NCBI GenBank assembly: GCA_030704615.1
Contig: CM060732.1
Coordinates: 49,724,001 to 49,788,000, forward strand
Direction of reading: 5' to 3'
From: Takakia lepidozioides
Lineage: Eukaryota > Plantae > Bryophyta
Length of the DNA stretch: 64,000 nt
A program made the position numbers and the translations under genes. Under the pieces are notes generated by a model. That model did not search any database. It was not told the DNA's origin and saw nothing but the letters and a program-made list of their open reading frames with translations. Of the stretch, positions 1-11,560 are shown piece after piece (the stretch's first letter is position 1; each line of letters opens with the position of its first letter).

Positions 1-11
1 AAGCTAAAGCT

Positions 12-1088
12 TTGAGGGACAACACAGCCAAGTCCACAACAAGGTTTCTGTATGAGAACATACTTACACGATTTGGCTGTCCCTTGGAATTTATCAGTGA
101 TCAAGGAAGTCACTTCATTAATGAGACCATTGAATTGTTGACTAAAGAGTTCATGATTGTGCATAGGAAGAGTACAACATATTACCCACAGGGTAATGGG
201 CAGGCAGAGGCTACCAACAAAATACTATGTATTATCTTGGCTAAGATAGTCAATGCAAAGAGAACGGATTGGGATACAAAGCTGCTGACAGCTTTGTGGT
301 CATACAGGACCTCATATAAAGTCACTACTAAGTATACACCATTCCAATTAGTTTATGGTATGGAAGCCTTACTTCCAGTGGAATTCCTGTTACCTACCAT
401 GAGAACGGAATGGGGAAAGAGAATGGAATTGCAAGATTCCATTAAAGTCAGGAAACATGAATTATACCATGTGGAAGAAGTACGTGCTGATGCGGCTGAT
501 AATATGACCAGAATTCAGATGAAGAGGAAGGAACAGTTTGATGAAGGCAAGTTAAAGACTTTTAAGACGGGAGATTTGGTTCCATGGTTGCAGAAGAAGG
601 GAAAGATTAAAGCTTCTAAGCTTAAATCACCATGGAAAGGACCTTATGTTATACAGAAGATGTATGATAACAACACCGCCATGTTACAAACCATGAACAA
701 AGAGATGCTGGGAAGAGTCAATGCTAAGAAGTTGAAGGGGTACAGTGGTATCCATGACAAACCATTGCAGCATGATTTGCATGTTGAAAAGAAAAGCAGT
801 CACGAGCTGCGCCAGTGTTACCAACGGAGTATGGAGCACTTATCGCTAGGCCGAGCATATATGACCAGGGCGGGCAGAATAAGCGAGACACAGCCTATCA
901 CAGCCCATCACGACGTGACACAGCCTATCACAGCCCATAACGACGTGACACAACATATCACAGCCCAGCACGGCGCAACACAGCCTATCACGACCTACCA
1001 CAGTGCATCACAGTCTATCACAACTTACCACAGTGTATCACAGCCTATCACGGCATACCACAGTATGACACAGCCTATCACAGCTTAA
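12..1088 (+). CDS. Retrotransposon pol C-terminus (rve integrase core and GPY-type C-terminal region), partial
   Basis: RFGCPLEFISDQGSHF...STTYYPQGNGQAEATNK...W..KLLTALWSYRT...TPFQLVYG...WKGPY. No chromodomain. Confidence 0.9.
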   Translation: MRDNTAKSTTRFLYENILTRFGCPLEFISDQGSHFINETIELLTKEFMIVHRKSTTYYPQGNGQAEATNKILCIILAKIVNAKRTDWDTKLLTALWSYRTSYKVTTKYTPFQLVYGMEALLPVEFLLPTMRTEWGKRMELQDSIKVRKHELYHVEEVRADAADNMTRIQMKRKEQFDEGKLKTFKTGDLVPWLQKKGKIKASKLKSPWKGPYVIQKMYDNNTAMLQTMNKEMLGRVNAKKLKGYSGIHDKPLQHDLHVEKKSSHELRQCYQRSMEHLSLGRAYMTRAGRISETQPITAHHDVTQPITAHNDVTQHITAQHGATQPITTYHSASQSITTYHSVSQPITAYHSMTQPITA

Positions 1089-1098
1089 CACAGCCTAC
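888..1098 (+). repeat. 30-bp tandem repeat (~7 copies, acacagcctatcacagcccatcacgacgtg-like) read as QPITAHHDVT repeats at the end of pol
   Basis: cagcctatca recurs every 30 bp (891, 921, 981, 1041, 1071). Confidence 0.9.
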
Positions 1099-1807
1099 TA
1101 GGGTTACACAATCCATAGAATCAGTGACAGATGGACGCAGGATAACTTCAGTGAAATGGCCGGCGGAAGAAAGGACGGAAGCCAGTTTACAAAAGGACAC
1201 GTGGAAGTCAAGGCGCCACACACAGCTGAGAAAGAAGTGCAAGAACGGATGTCATCAAGAAAGGGGACAAGAATGGCCGTCAAAATACCTAATCAGTGCG
1301 TCAAATTGGATGAATGGCGGGCCCATTAATGAATACAGAAAAGGGGCAACAGAACAAACGGCAAGTACAGAAAAGCGAAATTCTTGTCACATGTGTTATC
1401 CTAGTGGACAGTCCAGCAGGGAAAGTCCACTAAAGAAAATTAAATCTAAAATCCAGTCACAGCGGTTACAGCCAATAGAAAGCCAGAGAAGGGATCAAGA
1501 AATTGGAGGGAAATTAAGCGCAAGAGTCGGCGTCGTTCTGAGTAACGGGCGTCTCGACGAGACAAACCATCAATGCTATAGCTTTGAAGCTATGGAGGAA
1601 CTAACAGACTATACGCTCGCAATATTACTTACGCAGTGGCATAGGGACGAAACAACAGAGCGGATCTTTTCTCTTGAGCGATGCTTGCAAGCCCCGCAGG
1701 CTTACAAGAAATTACCCATAGGTTTTGTGGCAACCATACGTTTATGCTTTGTGCACTACAGGCATTTCTTCAGTTGTTACAGCCAAAACATTTCTGTGGG
1801 TCTAGAA

Positions 1808-3495
1808 TGAAGAGAGTGAGAGGAATGGAGGAAATCAGGGTGAAGAGCACCACAATTCTGCAGAAACAAACGATTGATACCCCACATGCGATACAGATAC
1901 TGAAGGAGCTGAGATTGCAAGGATTGCAAAGCAAAGATTGGACATTGCACCATAGACAGTACATGTTACAATTCTTGCAGAACTTTGAGCCAAGGACAGG
2001 AGCAACAACGGTGAAGGGAGTTGAATTAGTAATTACTCCCCTATACCTCCAGCAATTGTTTCGATTGCCAGCAGGCCAGGTGCATGTGGAGGAGCACAGG
2101 GCAAGACTGCAAATAGGGGACTTATTCCAAGAAGGGAGTTTCTTTAAAACTCAGGGTTATGCTTGTACCAAGGCCGTGTACCCAGGGCTAAAGGAGGTAG
2201 GCCAAGTATTGAACGTTTTGTTTGCCATGAAATAGAACCAACAGTATTTGAGCAGATCCTTCACAGAGGAAATACTCAAAGCCCTGAGAGGAGAAGAGGT
2301 AGAATGAACGGATATAATGTACAACGCACTGGTAGAGGAGATGAAAAGATTACAGGGTACTGCCGCAAAGTCTCCTACCATAGTGTCTGGCCCAATCATT
2401 GCTCAAATAATCTTGATTCTGGCATACTTGATGCTCGAGAAAGAAAGGAGATGGGAGTGTTTGAGCCAGAAAACCACTGCAATGGAAGAGCAAGGCTCTT
2501 CACACAGTGAGGGTGGACTGGCAGGGCAACCCGAGAATAAGAGACAGAGGCGGGGAAAGACTGTAGTGGCGGATCCACTGGCTTCACGGAATCCGCATGA
2601 TAATGTTCCCCAAGTTTTTGTGCAGGAAGGGGCACAGCAGCACAGAGAACTGCTATTACTGGAAGCAGGACCTTCAGAGAGGGAAGAGGAAGTTACTTCA
2701 GTATCACAGCCATCACAGCCAGAGGATCGGCTTATCACAAGGTTACCACAAGTTGTCCATGCAGTTCAACCAGAAATAATTGATTTAGAAAAAGAAGGGT
2801 TAGATATTCCCACTACAGAACAGGTGGTGGCAGAAATAGAGAAGGGGGACCTTCTCTATGAATATTCTGGTATGGTCAAGGACACAGTGATTCCGGAGGT
2901 GCAACGATTGTCCAAGGGAAACCCTGCGGCGCATATAATACAACACACCTGTGACGGAGGTACCACAGGTAGAATGCCAAGACACTGCAGCACCAGTGAC
3001 GGATGAAGTGGTTCAGGAAGAAAATCTGGTGGGGCAATGGCTTGAATGGTTCGTAAGGCATCACACTGTTGAGGATCAGGGAGAACAGTAGCAAGCTCAC
3101 CATGATGACCCTCAACAGGCTATGCTTATGAGTTCCATAAGCAGGACACTGAATTTGTTGGGTACTTATGTCAAATCCCATGTTCCCACTACTCAATTGG
3201 CAGCTTTGAGGGAGGAACTCAGGCAAGAGTTTGAGGCTCGACTTGCCACAGAGTGTGCAAACAAGGTCGATGAAGAGGTCACTCTCAAAATGCAACAAAA
3301 CTTGGAGAGTACAGAAGCGGCTTTGCAATTGGCCAAGGAACAATTGATTGAGGCAGGCCTCGCACAAGAACACTTGCACGAAGCACATAAGCAACACCTA
3401 TACCAAATGCAGGTGAAGCATGAGGGCAAGCTGCAAGAAGTGAATGCACTACATACAGAGTTGCAGGCAGTACATGAGAGGATGACCATACAATG
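1808..3495 (+). pseudogene. Extra 3' ORF of family A retrotransposon (Athila ORF1/'plant transposon protein'-like N-terminus plus coiled coil), interrupted by stops/frameshifts
   Basis: YMLQFLQNF...TVKGVELVITPLYLQQLFRLP resembles the 'VREFYAN...VRG..I.......LGLP' motif. Pieces 1808-2235, 2317-3006 and 3122-3495 are collinear on +. Confidence 0.6.
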
Positions 3496-4354
3496 TGTTA
3501 CACTCACAACAACACTCAACCCGTCACAGCCAACACAGCCGACACAGCCAGACACAGTCAACACAGCTCGTCACAGCCAACACAGCCGACACAGCCCATC
3601 ACAGCCCGTTACAGTTTCACACAGCCAATCACAGCTTGACACAGCTGTCACAACCATAAGGAACGGATAGCCGGACAGGGAACGACTGTGGGGAACAACA
3701 CCTGCGAATGGAACATGTTAGTTCATGGACGACGGTTAGTGAGGGAAACAGTTAGAACAACGGGTAGGAAGATAAAGCTTGAAGCAAGGACTGAAGAGGG
3801 GATCATTATTGGAGCACTTCGGGGGGGGGAATCACTGCTGGAAGGACTGTGGAAGGAGTGGGAAGGAGCACTTCTTGGAGAGACTTCGGACATCACTGGG
3901 GAAAAGGAGGAGAGAGTGTATCTCTGAGCAGAAAGATGGAGAGCACGGAGTAGGAGGAGGATCTGTTGATGCTTAATGAATGCAGGCAGTAGAATTGTAA
4001 TGTAGAGCAGATTAGAGACTCCATGGCTTCAGCCTGATACTTGATAGATATTAATCTGATACACACCTCATACTCACACTGTGTAGAGAGATCTGACTGA
4101 AGCTGTGGAATGAATTGATGAGTTGATGGAATCCGATAAATTGATGAAGCAAACTACTTAATTACCAGCAGTAAGGTAACTAGCTAACATGAATGCGGGA
4201 AGGAAAACAAATAGGAAACACCCCCATGATACACTAGCTGTAGGTCATGACTGATTGTTCTGAGCGGGCTGAGTACTTAGAGATTTCCAACTCTTCTATC
4301 TTGGAGTTTCCGCCTCGAATAGCGAAGGGATGGGTGAGTAAAAGCCGCACGACA
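3496..4354 (+). repeat. Partial 3' LTR of family A with cacagcc microrepeat block (3520-3650)
   Basis: Aligns to 19800-20615 (e.g. cactagctgtaggtcatgactgattg...ggatgggtgagtaaaagccg). The first ~130 bp of the LTR and the PPT are missing. Confidence 0.8.
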
Positions 4355-4911
4355 GCGGTACCAATTACTCCAGAGCAGGTGGCCTCCTTGTACCTCCGAG
4401 CACCCCGTATACGTGGTGATGATGTTCAGCCAACCCTTGGACAAGATCAAGTCTGTGATGAAGACAATGATACATGTAGTGACCCAGACATAGATGAGGA
4501 TGATGAAGATTAGATATGCTAGATTTGTGCACTCCAGTCATAGACCATGCATGATAGTTTAAGGTGGTAACACTCCCTTCGCATTCCCATTAAGATATCA
4601 TGCTTGGACAGTGGATTTTATGATCAATTATGGAGTGTTTTCCTTTCAGCACCCTTTATTCATTTGTTGTTGCAATTGGCTTTGGACCAACCCGTGCTGG
4701 TACCATTGCCATGGGTTCTGCCTGCAATGTTTTCTTGCCATGGATTCGGCACACGCCACGAAAGGCCATCCAGACCATCCTCTGGAAATGCTCCAATGTT
4801 GTTTCAAACATCTCCACATTGAAATGGATACAACACTGACATTAGATGAGTGAAAGTGAGACTAGACCTCCAGCCAGCCGGCTTCCCACAATCATATTGA
4901 AGGGGATCTGT

Positions 4912-5678
4912 AGAGGATAGATAACGGCTGTTGCCTTCTCAATGTCTTTTCCAATCACCTCTGCAATGAACTGGGGTATAAGATCCTTCAAATCACAAGT
5001 TTGAGCATCACGCACAAGCCACTTACGGGGATTGAGTTTCCAATGCGAACCATTGGTCTTTATTGATAGCATTGTTGTAAAATACATGGACCAACATGGT
5101 CATTTTCGGGAATGACATATAGTACGCTTCCATGTATTATGTAAGCATGCAACTATGTACCAGTGACGTGGCTTGTTCGCCACTTAACCTGTTTGCCCAT
5201 TCAACCATCTCCACATTTCCATGGATTTTGCATGCTGGATTGTGAGGCCATCCACACCGTCCTCTAGAAATGCTATCATGGGGTTTCAGCTATGTCCACA
5301 TTTCCCTGGATTATGCCTGCACGAAACAAGGCCAACTGCATTCAGCACCCTCCACTTTATTATAGTATTGCAGCAACATTCAAAGCACTTCAATTTGTAT
5401 CCATCGAGAACATCTAGGCTGGAAAAAGACATTGTTGCAGCAGAACTTAGGAAATTACTTCTCCCCTTCCACTACACACGTGAAATGAAAGAAGCCAACC
5501 AACAGCATACCAACCAAGAAAAGAGCCAATATATGCAGTGAAGGTCGACACTAAATGAAACTTATCCAACACTTACATTAGAGGAGAGAAGCTAAGTTTT
5601 ACCTCCATAAGCTTGCCCACATCAAATTTGGGAGCTTTCAGAATTTTTCTTTTCCGGTTGAATGAACTTGGCTACAAG
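4912..5678 (-). pseudogene. RPS3a: 40S ribosomal protein S3a (eS1) exon fragments in a ~0.7-0.85 kb repeated module, unit 1
   Basis: QTCDLKDLIPQFIAEVIGKDIEKATAVIYPLQ (4912-5015) and ILKAPKFDVGKLMEV (~5603-5647). 4981-5678 is a direct repeat of 11561-12415. Confidence 0.8.
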
Positions 5679-7189
5679 GAGATTAGCTATTTCATGAGCA
5701 TGAGCGGCATGAGCGGCATGAGGGGAGTAGCAAGACAATCGGTTTTCATGAGCAGAAGTATAGATTTCGAAAATAAAAAAACATTATAAAACATTAATTT
5801 AATGCAAGAAAAAACAAATATATTATTCGGCACCTTGAAGGGAAAATTGTAGTTTTGAGAGTTGTGCTCATGATATTTCGTCTTCCGCTCATGCCAAATG
5901 GAAAATGGCGCCGAATTTCGCGGTAGGGTCCGTAACCAGAAAATCCGCGACGTATTTCGCAGTAATAGGTCTCTCTGGCGAAAAATGGTGCCGAATTCCG
6001 CGGCTATCGGTCCCCTCATGACAGTGGATCTCAGTTTGAATGGAATGTTGCCTCATTCCAGGAGTTTTGGGATGCATTTCATTACACTGCAAAAAAAAAG
6101 TCTGATACATGAACAATGCAATTGAAAATATCCATATGGAGGATTCCTTTTGCCCCATCAATGATTTCTGGGAATCCCTAAGGAGGAGTTTGTGCAGCTC
6201 GTTCACGCTCAACGCATCGGCTGTTGGCCTCTTCGAAGCAATGGCGTGTCCCGAAGGCCTTCGCAAGGGCCCGCAGGAGGGAACTCAAGAAGATATTACC
6301 GTCGACGTCTGCGGGAAGGCATGTAACCGATTCAGTGCGAACTTGCTGCAGTCCAGCCGGCCAGCTCCGAGCGGTGTCCCTCCATGTGAAGCCCTCGCAG
6401 AATTTCAAGATGGATGAACTGCGGGGTGCTCGTGCTGGGAATATGACTCCCTCGTCACTGACGTCCATTGAGGACTTCCTGATCTCCAGGACGATCTCGG
6501 AACTTCCATGACCTCGTCTGTGAGTCGGAACAGGTTGTGACAACCCGGTTCTCTCGTCTTCATTGATGGGTTCGGCTCTGGATTTACTTCGTTGCGGACT
6601 TCTCTCTTTGAGGTACCCCACACTCCGATCGCGGATTGTTTCATGGAAGGCGCCCAGGATAGAAGGTGCATTGGCGGGCAAATGAATGGGGGAACTCGTC
6701 ATTCCCTGCCATCGCCGAAATCATCGTGGAGCACAACAATACTCTCGACAACAAACGCCGTTTGAGTCGTTCTTTTCCTCCTCAAAAAAACCCGACCCCG
6801 GTTTCACGTGGTATCGAACGCACAGATATTTCTCCATCACACGGCAGAATGTCCCCTCTGCACGGAAATGAAGCTCTATGCTCGTGAGGAGGGCAGTACA
6901 CTGTAGCGCTCGGGTTTTCCGCCATGGGAGATGTGCACACAAGACAGCCAGGATGGTATGCGGGCAGCTCCCTGGTAGAAGGGGGATGCAGCAAGGGAAG
7001 GAATGCAGTGCCGATTTGTCCGTGCGACGAAGCCTGATCCAAATCCAGGAGCCAACTATCTCAAAAATCCACAGTCAGAGTGTTAATGAACCTTGTCTCC
7101 GGAATGCGGCCCCTGGTCTTTGCGCAATAACTGCCAAACGGTATGCACGTCAGAAAGTGGGGGGCCCTCCGGATGATGTCGGCTGAAGG

Positions 7190-8320
7190 GGAGAAACCAG
7201 CACCGGGCCGTCACATTACTACCCCCGGATGGAAATTCGGCACCGAATATCCAACAGGGGCCGCCCGGTTGAAGTCGCCTCGGGCAGAGAGGCCGGCACC
7301 CTGTCCGACAGAGAACATCCCCCGGATGGAAATTCAGAGCCGAATTTCCATCCGGGCCCCCCAAAGGAAGTCCTGTCGGGGGGTCAGGCGAAAACTAGCC
7401 GACATAAAAACCTCCCCGGATGGAAAAACGGCACCGAATTTCCATCCGGGGCCGTTCGGATGCACGTCAGCCCGGGGGGAGGAGCGGCCGCACCTGGCCG
7501 TCTCATTACAACCCCGGATGGAAAATTGGCACCGAATAAAAATCCAACGGGGACGCCCGGATGAAGTCGCCTCGGCGGAGAGGCCGGCACCTGTCCGACA
7601 GAGAGCATCCCCGGATGGAAATTCGGCCGCCGAATTTCCGTCCGGGCCCCCCCAAAGGAAGTCCTGCGGGGGGTTAGGCCGAAAACTGGCTGACATAAAA
7701 CCTCCCCGAATGGAAAAACAGCGCCGAATTTCCATCCTGGGCCGTTCGGATGCAGTCGGCTGGGGGGAGAGGTCGGCACCTGGCCGTCACATTACAACCC
7801 CTGTACGGAAATTCGGCACCGAATATCCAACAGGGGACCGCCGGATGAAGTCGCCTCGGGCGGAGAGGACGGCACTTGTCCGACAGAGAGCATCTCCCGG
7901 ATGGAAATTCGGCGCCGAATTTCCATCCGCGCCCCCACAACGGAAGTCTTGTCGGGGGGTCAGGCCGAAAAGTGGCCGACAATAAAACCTCCCGGATGGA
8001 AAAACGGCGCCGAATTTCCATCCGGGCTGTTCGGATGCAGAGTCGGCTCGGGGGGAGAGGGTGGCACCTGGCTGTAAAATTACAACCCCGGACGGAAATT
8101 CGCCACCGAATTTCCAACAGAGGACGCCCGGATGAGTCGCTTCGGGCGGAGAGGCCGGCACCTGTCGACAGAGAGCATCCCCGAATGGAAATTCGGCGCC
8201 GAATTCCATTCGGGCCCCCCCAAAGGAAGTCGTGTCAGGGGTCTGGCTGAAAACAGGCCGACATAAAAACCTCCCAAGGATGGAAAAACGGCGCCGAATT
8301 TCCATCCGGGGCCGTTCGGA
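7190..8320. repeat. Array A: ~290-bp higher-order tandem repeat (~4 copies), each made of three ~96-bp subunits centred on GGATGGAAATTCGGCGCCGAATTTCCATCC
   Basis: Unit starts near 7223, 7512, 7797 and 8086. Perfect 32-bp palindrome at 7898-7929. Confidence 0.9.
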
Positions 8321-8429
8321 TTTCCCCCTAGCAGTCGAGAATTCCCTGAAAACGTGTCTAAAAGTGGACTTCAGCCAAAAAAACTAAAGGTTTAGTGTCT
8401 TTTTAGACCAAAAAACCTAGCGGCCACGC

Positions 8430-9308
8430 TCAGAATTACCTGCAGGATGGTAATTCCATCCAGCAGCGATCCAAGGTACCTGCTAGATGGAAATTCGGCG
8501 CCGGATTTCCGTCCATCCGGGCTCCAAATTACTTGCAGGATGGAAATTCGGCACCGGGATTTCCATCCATCCGCTCTCCGAATTACCTGCATGACGGAAA
8601 TTCGGAGCTCCGAGTTACCTGCAGGATGGAAATTCGGCGCCGGATTCCATCAATCCGCCCTCCGAATTACCTGCCTGACGGAAATTCGGCGCTCCGAGTT
8701 ACCTATAGGATGGAAATTTGGCGTCGGATTTCCATCCGGCCGCGCTCCGACTTCTTGCTGGCGGATGGAAATCCGGCGCCGGATTCCATCCATCCGCTCT
8801 TCGAATTACCTGCATGACAGAAATTTGCAGCGCCGACTTACCTGGAGGATGGAAATCCGGCGTCGGATTTCCATCCATCCGCGCTCCGAATTACCTGCAT
8901 GATGGAAATTTTGAGCGCCGACCTACCTGGCGGATGGAAATCTGGCGCCGGATTTCCATCCATCCGCTCTTCGAATTACCGCATGACGGAAATTTTGCGT
9001 GCCGACTTAGCTGGCGGATGAAATCCGGCGCCGGATTCCATCCATCCGTCTTCGAATTACCTGCATGACGGAAATTTTTGCGCGCCGACTATTGGAGGAT
9101 GGAAATCTGTCGTGGATTTCCATCCATCGTGCTCCGAATTACCTCGCATGACGGAAATTTTGTACTGGCGGAGGGAAATCATGCGCCGGATTTCCATCCA
9201 TCCGCTCACAAGTAACCTGCATGACAGAAATTTGCAGCGCCGACTTACCTGGAGGATGGAAATCCGGCGCCGGATTTCCATCCATCCGCTCTTCGAATAT
9301 CCTGCATG
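8430..9308. repeat. Array B: ~60-90-bp tandem repeat centred on GGATGGAAATCCGGCGCCGGATTTCCATCC with cgaattacctgcatgac linker
   Basis: Perfect 30-bp palindrome at 9254-9283. The linker recurs ~10 times. Confidence 0.9.
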
Positions 9309-9399
9309 ACTGGAAAAATGGCGCCGAATCTCCGATTTTGGTGCCAGTCAGATCTGGGACTTAGCCATTTTCGGCCCCGAACTGGAAAAATGACGCCGG

Positions 9400-9438
<39 letters not shown>

Positions 9439-10725
9439 GCCATTTTCCATTTCGGGGCCGAGAACGGCTAAGTCCCAGATCTGACTGGCACCAAAATCGG
9501 AAATTCGGGCGCCATTTTTCCAGTTCAGGCCCGAAAATGGCTAAGTCCTATGGTGGCTGGAACCGCAACTGGAAATTCAGCACCATTTTTCCAGTTCCGC
9601 GCCCTATCAGATCTGGAAGTTAGCCATTTTCGGCCCCGAACTGGAAAAATGGCGCCATTTTTCCAGTTCGGGGCCGAAAATGGATAAGTCTCTAGGGTGG
9701 CTGGCACCAAAATCGGAAATTCGGCGCCATTTTTCCAGTTCCGGGCCCAGTCAGATCTGGGACTTAGCCATTTTCGGCCCCGCAATGGAAAAATGGCGCC
9801 GAAAAAAGAAAAAAAAAAAAAAAAAACGCCATTTTTCCAGTTCGGGGCAGAAAACGGCTAAGTCCCAGATCTGACTGGCACCAAAATCGGAAATTCGGGC
9901 GCCATTTTTCCAGTTCTGGGCCCAGTCAGATCTGGGACTTAGCCATTTTCGGCCCGAAATGGAAAAATGGTGTCATTTTTCCAGTTCAGGGCCCCGAAAA
10001 TGGCTAAGTCCCTACGGTGGTGGAACCGCAACTGGAATTTCGGCACCATTTTTCCAGTTCCGCGCCCTATTAGATCTGGGAGTTAGCCATTTTCGGCCCC
10101 GAATTGGAAAAATGGTGCCATTTTTCCAATTCGGGCCCGAAAATGGCTAAGTCCCTAGGGTGGCTGGCACCAAAATCGGAAATTCGGCGCCATTTTTCCA
10201 GTTCCGGGCCCAGTCAGATCTGGGACTTAGCCATTTTCGGCCCCGAACTGGAAAAATGGCGTCGAAAAAAAAAAAAAAAAAAAAAAACGCCATTTTTCCA
10301 GTTCGGGCCCGAAAATGGCTAAGTCCTAGATCTGACTGGCACCAAAACCGGAAATTCGGCGCCATTTTTCCAGTTCTGCGCCCTGTCAGATCTGGGACTT
10401 AGCCATTTTTCGGCCCCGAACTGGAAAAATGGCGCAATTTTTTTGGGGCCGAAAATGGCTAAGTCCTTAGGGTGGCTGGCAGCAAAATCGGAAATTCGGC
10501 GCCATTTTTCCAGTTCCGGGCCCAGTCAGATCTGGGACTTAGCCATTTTCAGCCCCGAAATGGAAAAATGGCGTCATTTTTCCAGTTCAGGGCCCCGAAA
10601 ATGGCTAAGTCCCTAGGGTGGCTGGAACCGCAACCGGAAATTCGGCGCCATTTTTCTAGTTCCGCGCCCAGTCAGTTCTGGGACAGCCATTTTGGGGCCC
10701 AACCTAGGAAAATGGTGCCGAAAAT
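9309..10725. repeat. Array C: alternating inverted repeats centred on CTGGAAAAATGGCGCCATTTTTCCAG, with poly(A)-looped hairpins
   Basis: Perfect 60-bp palindrome at 9624-9683. A-tracts at ~9400, ~9802 and ~10265 are flanked by 50-85-bp inverted arms. Confidence 0.9.
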
Positions 10726-10865
10726 GGTTTACGAGTGAGTGGTCGCATTGTAAGTTGCCTCCTGATTTTGTGAGGCACCTCCCCTCGCTCTTTTATTTCA
10801 TTGAAAGACCGTTTCTGCTTCTGCTGGTATTGACATTCTTCAAGTGGATTTGTTCTTACTGTAGG

Positions 10866-11330
10866 ATGCCAAGTACCGTAGGAGGGACGTCTACACCGCA
10901 GTTCATGGGCAGGAGGAACGTGCATTTTTTTGCCCGGGGGGAATTCATGCCTAGTCCAGACAGGGACTACATCCTTCCTACTTATGTTGCCCGGCTTACT
11001 TCGGTGTCCATTAGGAGGTGTTCCGAACCTAGTCGTGTACAGCAGATTTTCAACGAGGCAAGCCTCAAGAAAATGAAGATGAGGGAGGAGGCAGCAGCTA
11101 TTAGAGCCCGTCAGGCTCGTAGATTTGTCTTGGATTCAGCTGAGGAAAGTGGGGGAGAAGATGTAGAAGATTCCAAGGAGGTGAGGTGGACAGTCCCCCA
11201 AGAGGACGAGATTTTTGAGAGGCATAGTGGAACTGATGCATCACAGAGCTCGGAGGATGAGGGGGATGAGGGGGATGAGGGGGATGAGGAAGAAGGTGGG
11301 GCAAGTTCCTCGGAGGGTGTAGGAGAGTAG
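10866..11330 (+). CDS. Hypothetical 154-aa protein with acidic C-terminal tail inside the TIR element
   Basis: Uninterrupted ORF (MPSTVGG...EDEGDEGDEGDEEEGGASSSEGVGE) preceded by an acceptor-like ttactgtAG. No family recognised. Confidence 0.3.
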   Translation: MPSTVGGTSTPQFMGRRNVHFFARGEFMPSPDRDYILPTYVARLTSVSIRRCSEPSRVQQIFNEASLKKMKMREEAAAIRARQARRFVLDSAEESGGEDVEDSKEVRWTVPQEDEIFERHSGTDASQSSEDEGDEGDEGDEEEGGASSSEGVGE

Positions 11331-11560
11331 TGCCCATTCCGGCTATGACAGTTAGAACACACTTGTATAGACGTGGCTTGCCACAAAATTTGCAATAAAA
11401 TGTTGCATTTCAAGTCCACTGGTGCCACATTCCAACTTCACATGACCCTATTTTCGTGCCTCCTAACCCTATTTCCGTGGACACACAATGGTCTGCTCAT
11501 GTTTTTTTTTTTTTCCGCTCATGCTCATGCCGCTCATGAAATAGCAGCCCCCGCTACAAG

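Larger units (their letters stand above)
1..4354 (+). mobile_element. Ty3/Gypsy LTR retrotransposon (non-chromovirus, Athila/Tat-like), 3' half: integrase, extra 3' ORF, 5'-truncated LTR (family A, copy 1)
   Basis: Integrase core at the window start, followed by a degenerate extra ORF. 3520-4354 is homologous to the LTR at 19671-20615 and ends ...aaagccgcacgaCA. Confidence 0.85.
5679..11552. mobile_element. 5.87-kb non-autonomous TIR DNA transposon (Mutator- or hAT-like, superfamily uncertain) carrying palindromic arrays
   Basis: 8-bp TSD GCTACAAG at 5671-5678 and 11553-11560. Imperfect TIRs: gagattaGCTATTTCATGAGC...CATGAGCGG versus CCGCTCATG...GCTCATGAAATAGCagccccc. Removing the element rejoins RPS3a sequence (cf. 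12401-12440). Confidence 0.8.

Noticed and set aside
7190-10725. CRISPR array (palindromic ~30-bp repeats with spacers)
   Set aside because: The linkers are themselves repeated periodically, no cas genes are present, and the context is eukaryotic.
7083-10738. Many overlapping ORFs (MEIRRRISI..., poly-K)
   Set aside because: Translations of stop-poor palindromic repeats on both strands.
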